Shown: positions 15,628 through 24,324 of the stretch, one piece after another
Layout of the letters: each line of letters starts with the position of its first letter
Position numbering within the stretch: the stretch's first letter is position 1
Assembly (NCBI RefSeq): GCF_008065095.1
Contig: NZ_CP042911.1
Coordinates: 1,200,001-1,232,000, forward strand
Length of the DNA stretch: 32,000 nucleotides
Source of the DNA: Gemmata obscuriglobus
GTDB taxonomy: Bacteria > Planctomycetota > Planctomycetia > Gemmatales > Gemmataceae
Reading direction: 5' to 3'
Translations under genes and position numbers: made by a program
The notes under the pieces: model-generated
Told to the model about the DNA's origin: nothing
Databases searched by the model: none
What the model saw: the letters and a program-made list of their open reading frames with translations, nothing else

Positions 15628-17003
15628 GACGGCACCGCCACGGGCCGCGAGACGGCCGGGTACGGGTACGGCATCGTGAGCGGCGGCAGCCCGGACGGGG
15701 CGGGGTTCAGCTTCGCCGCCACCGCCCGGGTGATGGCGTGCAACTGCACCGCCATCAGCACGCAGATGTACGGCATCTCGAAGTGTTCGAGCGACAGGAA
15801 CAGCGCCCCGAAGCAGAACAGGACCAGCGCGCACTCCAGCCCGGCGGCCAGCGACTTGATCTTGAGCGTCTCGGGGTCGGTGTACGGCCGCAGTGCCCGC
15901 CGCGTCTGCCAGAGCCCGACGAACGCCGACGCCAGCAGCCCGACGTACAGCGCGAGCGCCACCCAGCCGCTGTCCGCGGCGGTCTGGAGGTACTGGCTGT
16001 GGATCGTGCGGCCCTCCATGTCGGCCCCGTACTGGAACGTGTACAGGTTCGAGTTGCGGATCCCCATCCCGAACAGCGGGTTCTCGTTCGCCATCTGGAT
16101 CGCGATGCCCCACGTCACCTTGCGGGAGTTGGCGCTCTCGTCCATCCCGTGGTTGCTGATCGAGAAGAACCGCTCCTGGATCTCCTTGCCGGCCATCGCC
16201 ACCACGAGGCAGGCCCCGATGGCGTAAATCACCCCGACGAACCGCTTGTTCCGCGCCCGCATGAACATCGGCACGGCGGTCACGCACAGCGACAGCATGG
16301 CCCCGCGCGAGAACGACAGCAGCACCGCGTGCAGCAGGATCGGGATCACCGCCAGGTACGCCCACCGCCACCACCGGGCGCTGGCCTCCCACGCGAAGAA
16401 GCACAGCGGCACCGCCATCGCGAAGATGAGCGCGGCCCCGTTGTTGTCCAGCCCGCCGTACCCGCGGGTGGCCAGCATCAGCCACCCCGCGGAGAAGTAG
16501 AAGAAGTTGATCTCGTAGGCGATGTACACCGCGCACGCCAGCACGACGAAGTACAGGGTCCACAGCTCGCGGACCGTGCGGAGCACCAGCGTGGCGCACA
16601 GGAACATCGCGAAGATCTTGACGTACTCGAGGAAGTACGGCCAGGACACGTCCGGGTGCCGCGCGGTGACGTAGGTGAGGCTGATCCACGCGGTGAACGC
16701 GAGGAACAGCACGTGGCTGCGGGTCAGCTTCGGGTTGCCGTACCAGGGCGGGGTGGACGCGGCGAACGGGGTCCACAGCTTGAGCCGCCACAGCACGGTG
16801 ACGGCGAGCGTGACCACCGCGACCGGGAACGACCAGTTCTCCTCCGAGAGGCGGAGCCCGGAGTACTCCACCCAGTCCCAGATCGCCTGCGGCCGGAGCA
16901 CGGCGTACATGTAGTAAACGGCGATGCCGTACACCGGGGACAGCACGACCGTGCCGGCCGTCCCCAGGAACATTGTCACCGCCATGAACACCAGTTGCTT
17001 CAT
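15624..17003 (-). CDS. O-antigen ligase / Wzy-type polymerase-like polytopic membrane protein
   Basis: ATG 17003 is preceded by GGAG. There are about 10-12 hydrophobic helices. The Wzy_C-like core is LLSFSRGAMLSL, followed by a loop with NSRKVTW...NPLFGMGIRNS...HSQYLQTAADSG. Confidence 0.8.
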   Translation of the reverse strand: MKQLVFMAVTMFLGTAGTVVLSPVYGIAVYYMYAVLRPQAIWDWVEYSGLRLSEENWSFPVAVVTLAVTVLWRLKLWTPFAASTPPWYGNPKLTRSHVLFLAFTAWISLTYVTARHPDVSWPYFLEYVKIFAMFLCATLVLRTVRELWTLYFVVLACAVYIAYEINFFYFSAGWLMLATRGYGGLDNNGAALIFAMAVPLCFFAWEASARWWRWAYLAVIPILLHAVLLSFSRGAMLSLCVTAVPMFMRARNKRFVGVIYAIGACLVVAMAGKEIQERFFSISNHGMDESANSRKVTWGIAIQMANENPLFGMGIRNSNLYTFQYGADMEGRTIHSQYLQTAADSGWVALALYVGLLASAFVGLWQTRRALRPYTDPETLKIKSLAAGLECALVLFCFGALFLSLEHFEMPYICVLMAVQLHAITRAVAAKLNPAPSGLPPLTMPYPYPAVSRPVAVPS

Positions 17004-17143
17004 TCGCTCCGTCCTGACTCGCCGCCGGCCTCGCAACTATCCTAGTACCGCCAACCGCTACCACCCGGATTACGGGCGCGTGTTGTACCATCTTTCATAG
17101 CACACTGGAAAGCCCACCCCGGATCTCGAAAGGGCGCAACACC

Positions 17144-19768
17144 TTGGAACCGATCGCCGTCGATTTGAACGTCGTCTGTCCGCCGGCGGGCCGCGGGCCG
17201 GTGACCACCGGTATCCCGTTCCCGAAGGGCGCCCTTCCGGACGCCGCGAAGCTGCAACTCCGCGACGCCGCCGGGGCGGCCGTCCGGCTCCAGTCGCGCG
17301 CAACCGACTTCTGGCCCGACGGTTCGGTGCGGTGGGTGCTGCTCGACTGGATCGCGGAAGCCGGAAAGGCGCCGTACCGCGCCACCGTCGGCGAACCGCT
17401 CGCGGTCGAAGGGCCGGCTGTGGCGGTCGAGGAGCGGGACGGCGGGATAGAGGTGCGGACCGGCACGCTTTCTCTTGACTTGCACGCTGAGGGCGTGTTC
17501 ACGTTCGCTCCGCGGTTCGGCGCGGCGCCTGCGCTCGTGCCCGGGGCGGTCCCGTTCGTCGCCTGCGGCAACGGGGCGTCGTGCGTACCGTTCATCCGCT
17601 CGGCCAAAGCCGAGACGGCCGGACCGCTGCGCGGGGCGGTGCTCCTGCGCGGCGCCGCCGTGCCCGCGCAGAAGGGGATGCCGGTTGCGGAGTTTGACGC
17701 CCGGCTGCACTTCTCCGCCGGCTCGTCCGTGGTGCGAATCGAAATCACGCTGCGCAACCCGCGGCGCGCCCAACACCCCGGCGGGCTGTGGGATCTGGGT
17801 GACCCCGGCTCGATTCACCTCAAGGACGTGTCACTTCGGCTCGAATTACTCACAGGTGAAAAAGCCCTCGTCCGCGGATCGCCCGAATTCGGCGCACCGG
17901 TGGAGCAATTCGCCGCCCCGTTCGAGTTGTACCAGGATTCGAGCGGCGGCGAGAACTGGCGCAGCACCAACCACATCAACCGCAAGCACGAAGTCCCCGT
18001 GTCGTTTCGCGGTTACCGGCTGAAGTCGGGCGAGCAGGAGCGCACCGGGCTCCGCGCCACCCCCCTCGTCACGCTCGGTGAAGGTGCGAGCGCGGTCGGG
18101 ATTGCGGTCCCGCAGTTCTGGCAGAACTTCCCGATGGCAATCGAGGCCACGAACGAAGCGCTTACGCTCCGGTTGCTGCCGCAACAGTTCGGGGATGTTC
18201 ACGAGCTTCAGGGCGGCGAGCAGAAGACGTGGACGTTCGCGGTCGCGTTCGGGCCGGACGCCACGCCGGAAGCGCTCGAATGGTTCCGCCAGCCCGCGCG
18301 GGCGTTCGCCTCTCCCGAGTGGTACTGCGCGAGCGGCGCGGTTCCGTACCTCACGCCGAAGGCCGCCGACCCGAACGCCGATTACCTGAAGCTCGTGGAC
18401 TCGGCCATTGAGGGGCCGGACAACTTCGACGCGAAGCGCGAGAAGATCGACGAGTACGGCTGGCGGCACTTCGGCGACATCTACGGCGACCACGAGGCCG
18501 TTTACGGCACCGATGCGCGGCCCGTCGTGTCGCATTACAACAACCAGTACGACCCGGTCGCCGGGTTCGCGTACCAGTTCTTACGCAGCGGGCGCCTCGA
18601 CTGGCTGCGCCACATGGAGGAGCTGGCGCAGCACGTCATCGACATCGACATCTACCACACCACGCAGGACAAGTCCGCGTACAGCGGCGGGCTGTTCTGG
18701 CACACCTACCACTACGCCGACGCCGACACCGGCACGCACCGCTCGTACCCGCGGGCGCTGCTCCAGATGTCGCACATGCCGGGGCTCGACCCGAACAGCC
18801 CGCAGGCGCGGCGGTCGAAGGGGCTGTACGCACGGGGCGGCGGCCCGGCCGACGAGCACAACTACACCACCGGCCTGATGCTGCACTACTTCCTCACCGG
18901 TCGCGCGCAGTCGCGGGAGGCGGCGCTGGGGCTCGCGCGGTGGGTGATCGACATGGACGACGGCCGCAAGACCGTGTTCCGGTTCCTGTCGCGGGCGGAC
19001 ACGGGGCTCGCGAGCCAGAGCCGCGACGACGGCTACCACGGCCCGGGGCGCGGGTCCGGCAACTCGCTCGCGGCCCTCATCGACGGGCACCGGTTGAGCG
19101 GTGACGCCGCGTTCCTGGCGAAGGCCGAACAACTGGTCCGGCGGTGCATTCACCCCAACGACAACATCGCACGCCGCAACCTGTTGGACGTGGAGAACCG
19201 CTGGTTCTACACGATCTTCCTGTACTCGCTCGGCAAGTACCTGGATTACAAGGCGGGCCGCGGCGAACTCGACCGCATGTACGCCTACGCCCGCGCGAGC
19301 CTGCTCCACTACGCCCGGTGGATGGCGGACCACGAGGTGCCGACGCTGTCGCGGCCCGAGATTCTGGAGTACCCGAACGAGACGTGGGCGGCGCAGGACG
19401 TGCGCAAGAGCGAGGTGTTCAAGTTCGCCGCGAAGCACGCGACCGGCCCCGAGAAGGCGCGGTTCCTGGAGCGGTCCGAGTTCTTCTTCCGCGACTCGGT
19501 GTCGCGCCTGACGGGGTTCGAGTCGCGCACGCTGGCGCGGCCCGTCGTGCTGCTGCTCACGTTCGGGCAGATGCACGCGCACTTCCAGAAGCACCCCGAC
19601 GAAGCCGCACCGCCCCCGAAGGAGGACGTGCGCGAGTTCGGGGCGCCGGAAGTGTTCGTGCCGCAAAAGGCGATCGCCAAGAAGCGGGCCAAGTTGCTCG
19701 CGGTCGCCGGGGCCGCGGCCGGGTCGGTGAGCGTGCTGGCACTGGTCGCGTGGCTCGTGCTGCGCTGA
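17144..19768 (+). CDS. Large PcRGLX-like (RIFT-barrel + beta-sandwich + alpha/alpha-toroid) putative polysaccharide-active enzyme with a C-terminal TM anchor
   Basis: The N-terminus is TTGIPFPKGALPDAAKLQLRDAAGAAVRLQSRATDFWPDGSVRWVLLDW. The middle has PQFWQNFPMAIEA. The later part has YGWRHFGDIYGDHE...SHYNNQYD...LFWHTYHY. The C-terminus is KKRAKLLAVAGAAAGSVSVLALVAWLVLR. The family assignment is from memory of motifs and is tentative. The start is uncertain: TTG 17144, TTG 17165 or GTG 17201; there is no early ATG. Confidence 0.7.
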   Translation: MEPIAVDLNVVCPPAGRGPVTTGIPFPKGALPDAAKLQLRDAAGAAVRLQSRATDFWPDGSVRWVLLDWIAEAGKAPYRATVGEPLAVEGPAVAVEERDGGIEVRTGTLSLDLHAEGVFTFAPRFGAAPALVPGAVPFVACGNGASCVPFIRSAKAETAGPLRGAVLLRGAAVPAQKGMPVAEFDARLHFSAGSSVVRIEITLRNPRRAQHPGGLWDLGDPGSIHLKDVSLRLELLTGEKALVRGSPEFGAPVEQFAAPFELYQDSSGGENWRSTNHINRKHEVPVSFRGYRLKSGEQERTGLRATPLVTLGEGASAVGIAVPQFWQNFPMAIEATNEALTLRLLPQQFGDVHELQGGEQKTWTFAVAFGPDATPEALEWFRQPARAFASPEWYCASGAVPYLTPKAADPNADYLKLVDSAIEGPDNFDAKREKIDEYGWRHFGDIYGDHEAVYGTDARPVVSHYNNQYDPVAGFAYQFLRSGRLDWLRHMEELAQHVIDIDIYHTTQDKSAYSGGLFWHTYHYADADTGTHRSYPRALLQMSHMPGLDPNSPQARRSKGLYARGGGPADEHNYTTGLMLHYFLTGRAQSREAALGLARWVIDMDDGRKTVFRFLSRADTGLASQSRDDGYHGPGRGSGNSLAALIDGHRLSGDAAFLAKAEQLVRRCIHPNDNIARRNLLDVENRWFYTIFLYSLGKYLDYKAGRGELDRMYAYARASLLHYARWMADHEVPTLSRPEILEYPNETWAAQDVRKSEVFKFAAKHATGPEKARFLERSEFFFRDSVSRLTGFESRTLARPVVLLLTFGQMHAHFQKHPDEAAPPPKEDVREFGAPEVFVPQKAIAKKRAKLLAVAGAAAGSVSVLALVAWLVLR

Positions 19769-19889
19769 GTGCGGCCGGCGCGGTGCGGAATCGCCGCGCG
19801 CCCGCTCGGTTCGTAATCTTTCGCTTGCTTTCTTCACCCCGCTCCGGTCTTCTTGGCGACTCGACTTCTTTCTCCCGGGGGCGTTTCGC

Positions 19890-21173
19890 ATGTCGGTTCC
19901 GGCGCGGGCGTGGGCGGTGACGGCCGCCGGTACGGCCGTCAACCTGTGCCTCGGCATCCTCTACGGTTGGAGCGTGTGGAAGGCCGCGCTCGTGCCGAAA
20001 GACAAGGCGCTGTACGGGCAGCCCATGACCGGCACCAACGCCGGGTGGACGTACCTCTCCAACTCCGAAGGGAACCTGGCCTACGCGGTGTGCGGGGTGA
20101 CGTTCGCGCTGTTCATGATCCCCGGCGGGCGCCTCCAGGACCGCTACGGCGCGAAGCTCGGCGCCACCCTCGGCGGGCTGTTCCTCGCGCTCGGGTGCGT
20201 CGTCGCGGGCGTGCTGAAGAGCTTCGAGGGGCTGGTGCTCGGGTTCGGGGTGCTCGGCGGCATCGGGATGGGGCTGGGGTACGCCGCCGCCACGCCCGCC
20301 GCGGTGAAGTGGTTCCACAGCAGCCGGCGCGGGCTGATCGTCGGGCTGGTGGTCGCGGGGTACGGCGCCGCCGCGGTGTACATTTCGCCGCTCGCGGACT
20401 ATCTCATCACGGCCCACGGCCTCACGGGCAGCTTCGTGGGGCTGGGCGTGCTGTTCGCGGTGGTGGTGGTCGTCGCCGGGCAGTTGCTCGCGCCGCCGCC
20501 CGCGGGGTACGTGGCGCCCGGGCCGGCGCAAGCGGCCGCGGCGCCGGCGGCGCCCCGGGGGGCCGATTTCGGCGCGAAGCAAATGCTCGCGACGTGGCAG
20601 TTTTACCTGCTGGTCTTCCTGTTCGTGGGCTCCGCGCAGTCGGGGCTGCTGGTGATCGCCAACGCGAAGTCGTTCCTCAACGACGCGGCCGAAGGGGGGA
20701 GCTTCTTCGCACGCAACGGGTGGGTGCTCGTCACCTTCATCGGCGTGGTGAACGCCCTCGGGCGCGTCGGGACCGGACAATACTCGGACCGGGTCGGGCG
20801 GCTGAACGCGTACGCGCTCAACGGGGCCGTGTCCGCGGTGTGTCTGCTCGCGACCCCGTGGGTGATTGCGGAGAAGAACGTCGCGTTCCTGTTCGTGGTG
20901 ATCGGGGTGATGGCGTGGCAGTACGGCGGCACCCTCGCGGTGCTCCCGGCGGTCACGGCCGATTACTACGGCGCGAAGAACCTGGGCCTGAATTACGGGT
21001 TGGTGTTCACGGGGTGGGGCATCGCGTTCTTCGTGCCGCAGCTCGCCAGCGCGATCAAGGACGCCACCGACCGCTGGGACGGGGCGTTCTACCTGTCGGC
21101 CGGGCTGCTGGTAGCGGCTGTACTGGTGAGCCGCATAATCCGTAAGCCGGTTTCGGTCGCGCCCGCGGCCTGA
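19890..21173 (+). CDS. MFS transporter, oxalate/formate antiporter (OFA)-like
   Basis: 427 aa with about 12 predicted helices. AVNLCLGILYGWSVW...GGRLQDRYGAKL...GIGMGLGYAAATPAAVKWFHSSRRGLIVGLVVAGYGAAAV is the typical OFA-family pattern. Confidence 0.85.
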   Translation: MSVPARAWAVTAAGTAVNLCLGILYGWSVWKAALVPKDKALYGQPMTGTNAGWTYLSNSEGNLAYAVCGVTFALFMIPGGRLQDRYGAKLGATLGGLFLALGCVVAGVLKSFEGLVLGFGVLGGIGMGLGYAAATPAAVKWFHSSRRGLIVGLVVAGYGAAAVYISPLADYLITAHGLTGSFVGLGVLFAVVVVVAGQLLAPPPAGYVAPGPAQAAAAPAAPRGADFGAKQMLATWQFYLLVFLFVGSAQSGLLVIANAKSFLNDAAEGGSFFARNGWVLVTFIGVVNALGRVGTGQYSDRVGRLNAYALNGAVSAVCLLATPWVIAEKNVAFLFVVIGVMAWQYGGTLAVLPAVTADYYGAKNLGLNYGLVFTGWGIAFFVPQLASAIKDATDRWDGAFYLSAGLLVAAVLVSRIIRKPVSVAPAA

Positions 21174-21221
21174 GAACCTGGGTAACGTGCTACAATTGGG
21201 CACCCGCCGGGGCCAACGTCT

Positions 21222-21599
21222 ATGTTGTTCGCGCTGCTGTTCTTCCTGATCGCGTCGCACGCGCTCATGGACTACTCGTTGCAGAACGACACCATGGCTT
21301 CGTGCAAGTGTCGCCAGAGCACGCACCAGGTCGCGGTGTACGTGCCGTGGTACTACTGGCTCACCTCGCACGCGATGCTGCACGGGGTCGGGGTCGGGGT
21401 CGTGTTCCGGTGGATGGGGTTCGACTGGAACGTGGTCGCCGCGGTGGCCGTCGCCGAAACCGCGATCCACTGGGTCACCGACTACGGCAAGTGCGCGAAG
21501 TGGTACTCGCTCCACGCGGACCAGGCGATTCACATCACCTGCAAGCTCGTGTGGTGGGCGCTGGTGGCGGCCGAAGTCGTCAAGCCGGTCGGGGCGTAA
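21222..21599 (+). CDS. DUF3307-like small membrane protein
   Basis: 125 aa. Motifs SHALMDYSLQND, IHWVTDYGK and ADQAIHI match the H-x3-D-[FY]-x-x-Q / H-x3-D / DQ-x2-H pattern of DUF3307. The TAA stop (21597-21599) is one nucleotide before the ATG of the DevB-like gene. Confidence 0.65.
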   Translation: MLFALLFFLIASHALMDYSLQNDTMASCKCRQSTHQVAVYVPWYYWLTSHAMLHGVGVGVVFRWMGFDWNVVAAVAVAETAIHWVTDYGKCAKWYSLHADQAIHITCKLVWWALVAAEVVKPVGA

Positions 21600-21600
21600 C

Positions 21601-22779
21601 ATGCGGTCCTCACGCCGGGCCGGGCGCACGGTCTCAATGCTCCTGATCGGGTTGACGGCGCTCGCGGCCGGGGCCGCCGGCGGGTACTTCCTTTCCGGCC
21701 GCGCGCGCCAACCGGCTTCGTCGTCCGACGCACCGGGCGGTCCCGCGAACTCGGACCGCGTGACCGCGCTCGGACGGCTCCAGCCCGAAGGCGGCGTGGT
21801 TCCCGTTTACGGTCCGCCGGGCGACCGGATCGCGAAGTTGTACCCGGTCGCGGTCGGTCAGCCGCTAAACGTCAACGCGCCGATCGCCGAACTCGCGAGC
21901 CGCCGGGACCGGTTACAGGAAGTGCAAGTCGCGAGAACGCAACTCGACGAGGCGACCGCGGCGCACGCCGCCGCGAAGCGGGCGGGTGAGAAGAAGATCG
22001 CCGCCGCCGGGGCCGAGCTGAACCAGGCGAAGGCGAACAAGGTCAGCGATCTGGCCGCGCTGGACGCGAAGTTGAAGGCCGTGGAGCTTCAATCGCAGAC
22101 CGCCGCGAAGCAGGTCGATCGGCTCCGGAGCTTGAAAACCGCCCCGGAAGACCTGGAGCGCGTCGAACTGCTCAAGGCCCAGGCCGATGCCGAGTTGTCC
22201 GCGACGCGCGCGACGCGCGACAAGACGCAGACCACTTACGAGGAAACCGAGAAGGCCGCACAGGCCCGCATCGCGGCCGCGAAGGCGGAGCTGGACGAGG
22301 CGCTCGCCCGCACCCCGATCAAGTCGTCGGCGGAGAAGGTGCAGCTCGCGGAGCAGCTCGCCGAACTCACGATTCTCAAGGCGCCCGTGTCCGGGGTCGT
22401 GCTGAAGGTGAGCGGGCGCGAAGGGATGCCGACCGGCACCGAACCGATTTTGCAGCTCGCCGACCTGACCAAAATGACCGCGGTGGCCGAGGTGTACGAG
22501 AGCGACGTGGCGCGGCTCGCGGGCTGGGTCCGCGGCGGGCCGGTGTCCGCCGAGGTGACCAACCCGGCGCTCCCGAAGCCGCTGGCGGGTGCGGTGCGAT
22601 CGGAGGCCGACGTCACGCGCATGATCGCGCGCAACCAGGTGTTCGCGATGGGGCCGCGCGAGGACGCCGACCGGCGCGTGGTGGAGGTGGTCGTTCACCT
22701 CGACGCCGCGAGCAGCGCGGACGCCGGGCGGTTCGTGGGGCTTCAGGTGACGGTCGCGTTCGCCCCTCCGGGGCGCTAA
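21601..22779 (+). CDS. HlyD-family membrane fusion protein, DevB-type
   Basis: N-terminal TM (MLLIGLTALAAGAAGGYFL). Barrel-sandwich start is VTALGRLQPEGGVVPV. It has a long Ala/Lys/Glu coiled-coil. ILKAPVSGVVLKV...ILQLADLTKMTAVAEVYESDV is followed by RVVEVVVHLD. It is followed by DevC/DevA-type genes. Confidence 0.85.
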   Translation: MRSSRRAGRTVSMLLIGLTALAAGAAGGYFLSGRARQPASSSDAPGGPANSDRVTALGRLQPEGGVVPVYGPPGDRIAKLYPVAVGQPLNVNAPIAELASRRDRLQEVQVARTQLDEATAAHAAAKRAGEKKIAAAGAELNQAKANKVSDLAALDAKLKAVELQSQTAAKQVDRLRSLKTAPEDLERVELLKAQADAELSATRATRDKTQTTYEETEKAAQARIAAAKAELDEALARTPIKSSAEKVQLAEQLAELTILKAPVSGVVLKVSGREGMPTGTEPILQLADLTKMTAVAEVYESDVARLAGWVRGGPVSAEVTNPALPKPLAGAVRSEADVTRMIARNQVFAMGPREDADRRVVEVVVHLDAASSADAGRFVGLQVTVAFAPPGR

Positions 22780-22917
22780 CCGCTCCCGCGCGCGGGCCTC
22801 TCGCGCGACCGATGCGGCGTGGCTTCGGTGCGTTTCTGGAGCGCGGGCCTCTGGCCCGCTTGACCGACGCGGATCGGGGTGCTTTGCAGTCACGCCGTTA
22901 CAACCTGCGCCCGGAAG

Positions 22918-23063
22918 CTCATTCACGCCCCGGTTACTGGTGTCTGTTTTAGCTGTTGCCTTTGTGGCACAGACATTCCTGTCTGTGCGGCCTTCTCGCG
23001 CCGCACAGACAGGAATGTCTGTGCCACAAGAAACAGACACAACTTGCGGGACCGTGAATCAGG
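22918..23063. repeat. Family B REPIN-like palindromic element (B2)
   Basis: Arms GTGGCACAGACATTCCTGTCTGTGCGG (22964-22990) and CCGCACAGACAGGAATGTCTGTGCCAC (23001-23027) are exact reverse complements with a 10-nt spacer. Outer flanks CTCATTCACG...GGTGTCTGTTTT and AAGAAACAGACACAAC...CGTGAATCAGG are imperfectly complementary. The core and right flank are near-identical to B1. Confidence 0.9.
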
Positions 23064-23104
23064 CGGGCCGCAGGCCCGCGGTCCAGAGGCGCCCGGGAAC
23101 GCAC

Positions 23105-24322
23105 ATGACCCCTTTGCGGCTCGCGTGGGCCAACCTGGTGCACAAGCGCACCCGGACGCTGATCGCCGTCACCGGCGTGGCGTTCGCGGTGGTGCTGGTG
23201 TTCATGGAACTCGGGATGCTCGGCGGGGTCGGGCGCACCGCGACCATCCTCTACGACAAGCTCCAGTTCGACTTACTCATCACCTCCCGCGAGTACCTCG
23301 ACCTGAGCCGCGCGCCGGAGTTCCCGCGCGCGCGGCTGGCCCAGGCGCGCGTCGCGGGCGTCGCCGATGTCATTCCCGTGTCGTTCGGGGTTGCGGGCTG
23401 GCGGGCGCCGCGCCACGAGACGCCGTTCGGTACGACCGAGCCCGGCGGGGCGCTGAGCGTGAACATCGTCGCCGCCCCGCCGGACCGGCTCGACCGGGCC
23501 TTTGCGGTGGGGGACGGCGGCGCGTTCGGGTCCGCGGCCGAGGCCCGCGACGCCGGCCGCCGGCTCGCGCGCCTCGACACGTTCCTGCTCGACGAGCGCT
23601 CCAAGCCAGAGTTCGGCGACGCGGCGCAGCTCCGGCGCCTCCCGCCGGACGGCAGCGGCGGCGACCTGGTGCGCGTCAACGGCCGGCGCGCGAGCGTCGT
23701 CGGGGCCTTCAACCTCGGCACCGGGTTCAGTTGGAACGGGATGCTGCTCACGAGCGAAGAAACGTATTCCGACTTCGTGATGCGCTCCCGGGACTCCGTG
23801 AGCTTCGGTCTGGTGCAGCTCGAACCGGGGGCCGACCCGGGTGCGGCCCGGCAGCGGCTCCGGGCGGTGCTGCCGCCGGACGTGAAGGTGTACACGCGGG
23901 CCGAGATCAACGCGGACGAGCGCGGCTACTGGCTCCGGCTCACCTCGATCGGGCAGTTCCTGCTGGTGGCGGTGGTGCTGGCGGTCGTGGTCGGGGTGAT
24001 CTTCGTGTACCAGATGATGGCCGCCGACATCCGGAACATGCTGCCCGAGTACGCGACGGTGAAGGCCCTGGGCTACCGCCCGCCGTACCTGACCGGCGTG
24101 GTGCTGGGGCAGGCGGTGCTGCTCGCGGTGTTCGGGTACGTCCCGGGTTTCGCCGCTGCGCTCGGGCTGTATTATGTGGCGAGGAACTTCGGCGGCATCC
24201 CGACCCAAATGACGGTCGAGATCGCCGCCGGCGTGCTCGTGCTGACGTGCGTCATGTGCCTCGCGTCCGGGCTGCTGGCCGTGCGGAAGGTCCACACGGC
24301 GGACCCGGCGGATCTGTTTTAA
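23105..24322 (+). CDS. ABC exporter permease, FtsX/MacB-type, DevC-like (paralog 1)
   Basis: ATG 23105. The N-terminus is MTPLRLAWANLVHKRTRTLIAVTGVAFAVVLV (TM1), followed by a large extracytoplasmic domain. The C-terminal three-helix FtsX module has LPEYATVKALGYRPPYL and ends LLAVRKVHTADPADLF. 405 aa. Confidence 0.87.
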   Translation: MTPLRLAWANLVHKRTRTLIAVTGVAFAVVLVFMELGMLGGVGRTATILYDKLQFDLLITSREYLDLSRAPEFPRARLAQARVAGVADVIPVSFGVAGWRAPRHETPFGTTEPGGALSVNIVAAPPDRLDRAFAVGDGGAFGSAAEARDAGRRLARLDTFLLDERSKPEFGDAAQLRRLPPDGSGGDLVRVNGRRASVVGAFNLGTGFSWNGMLLTSEETYSDFVMRSRDSVSFGLVQLEPGADPGAARQRLRAVLPPDVKVYTRAEINADERGYWLRLTSIGQFLLVAVVLAVVVGVIFVYQMMAADIRNMLPEYATVKALGYRPPYLTGVVLGQAVLLAVFGYVPGFAAALGLYYVARNFGGIPTQMTVEIAAGVLVLTCVMCLASGLLAVRKVHTADPADLF

Positions 24323-24324
24323 AG

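Noticed and set aside
14506-17091. 861-aa minus-strand ORF, and plus-strand ORFs 14563..16227 and 15738..17045
   Set aside because: The 861-aa ORF's N-terminal 488 residues are Arg/Gly/Pro-rich nonsense overlapping, in another frame, the polytopic Wzy-like gene. Only the C-terminal 373 aa (from GTG 15627) look like a GT4. The plus-strand ORFs are antisense shadows.
21191-21196. TACAAT hexamer 25 nt upstream of the DUF3307 ATG as a -10 promoter box
   Set aside because: There is no convincing -35 element at the proper spacing, and promoter consensus for this lineage is not established. It cannot be supported from sequence alone.
19557-21629. 690-aa minus-strand ORF, and 19853..21145 (+) 430 aa
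   Set aside because: These are antisense or off-frame to the clear 12-helix MFS transporter. Composition is dominated by Arg, Pro and Gly, with no motifs.
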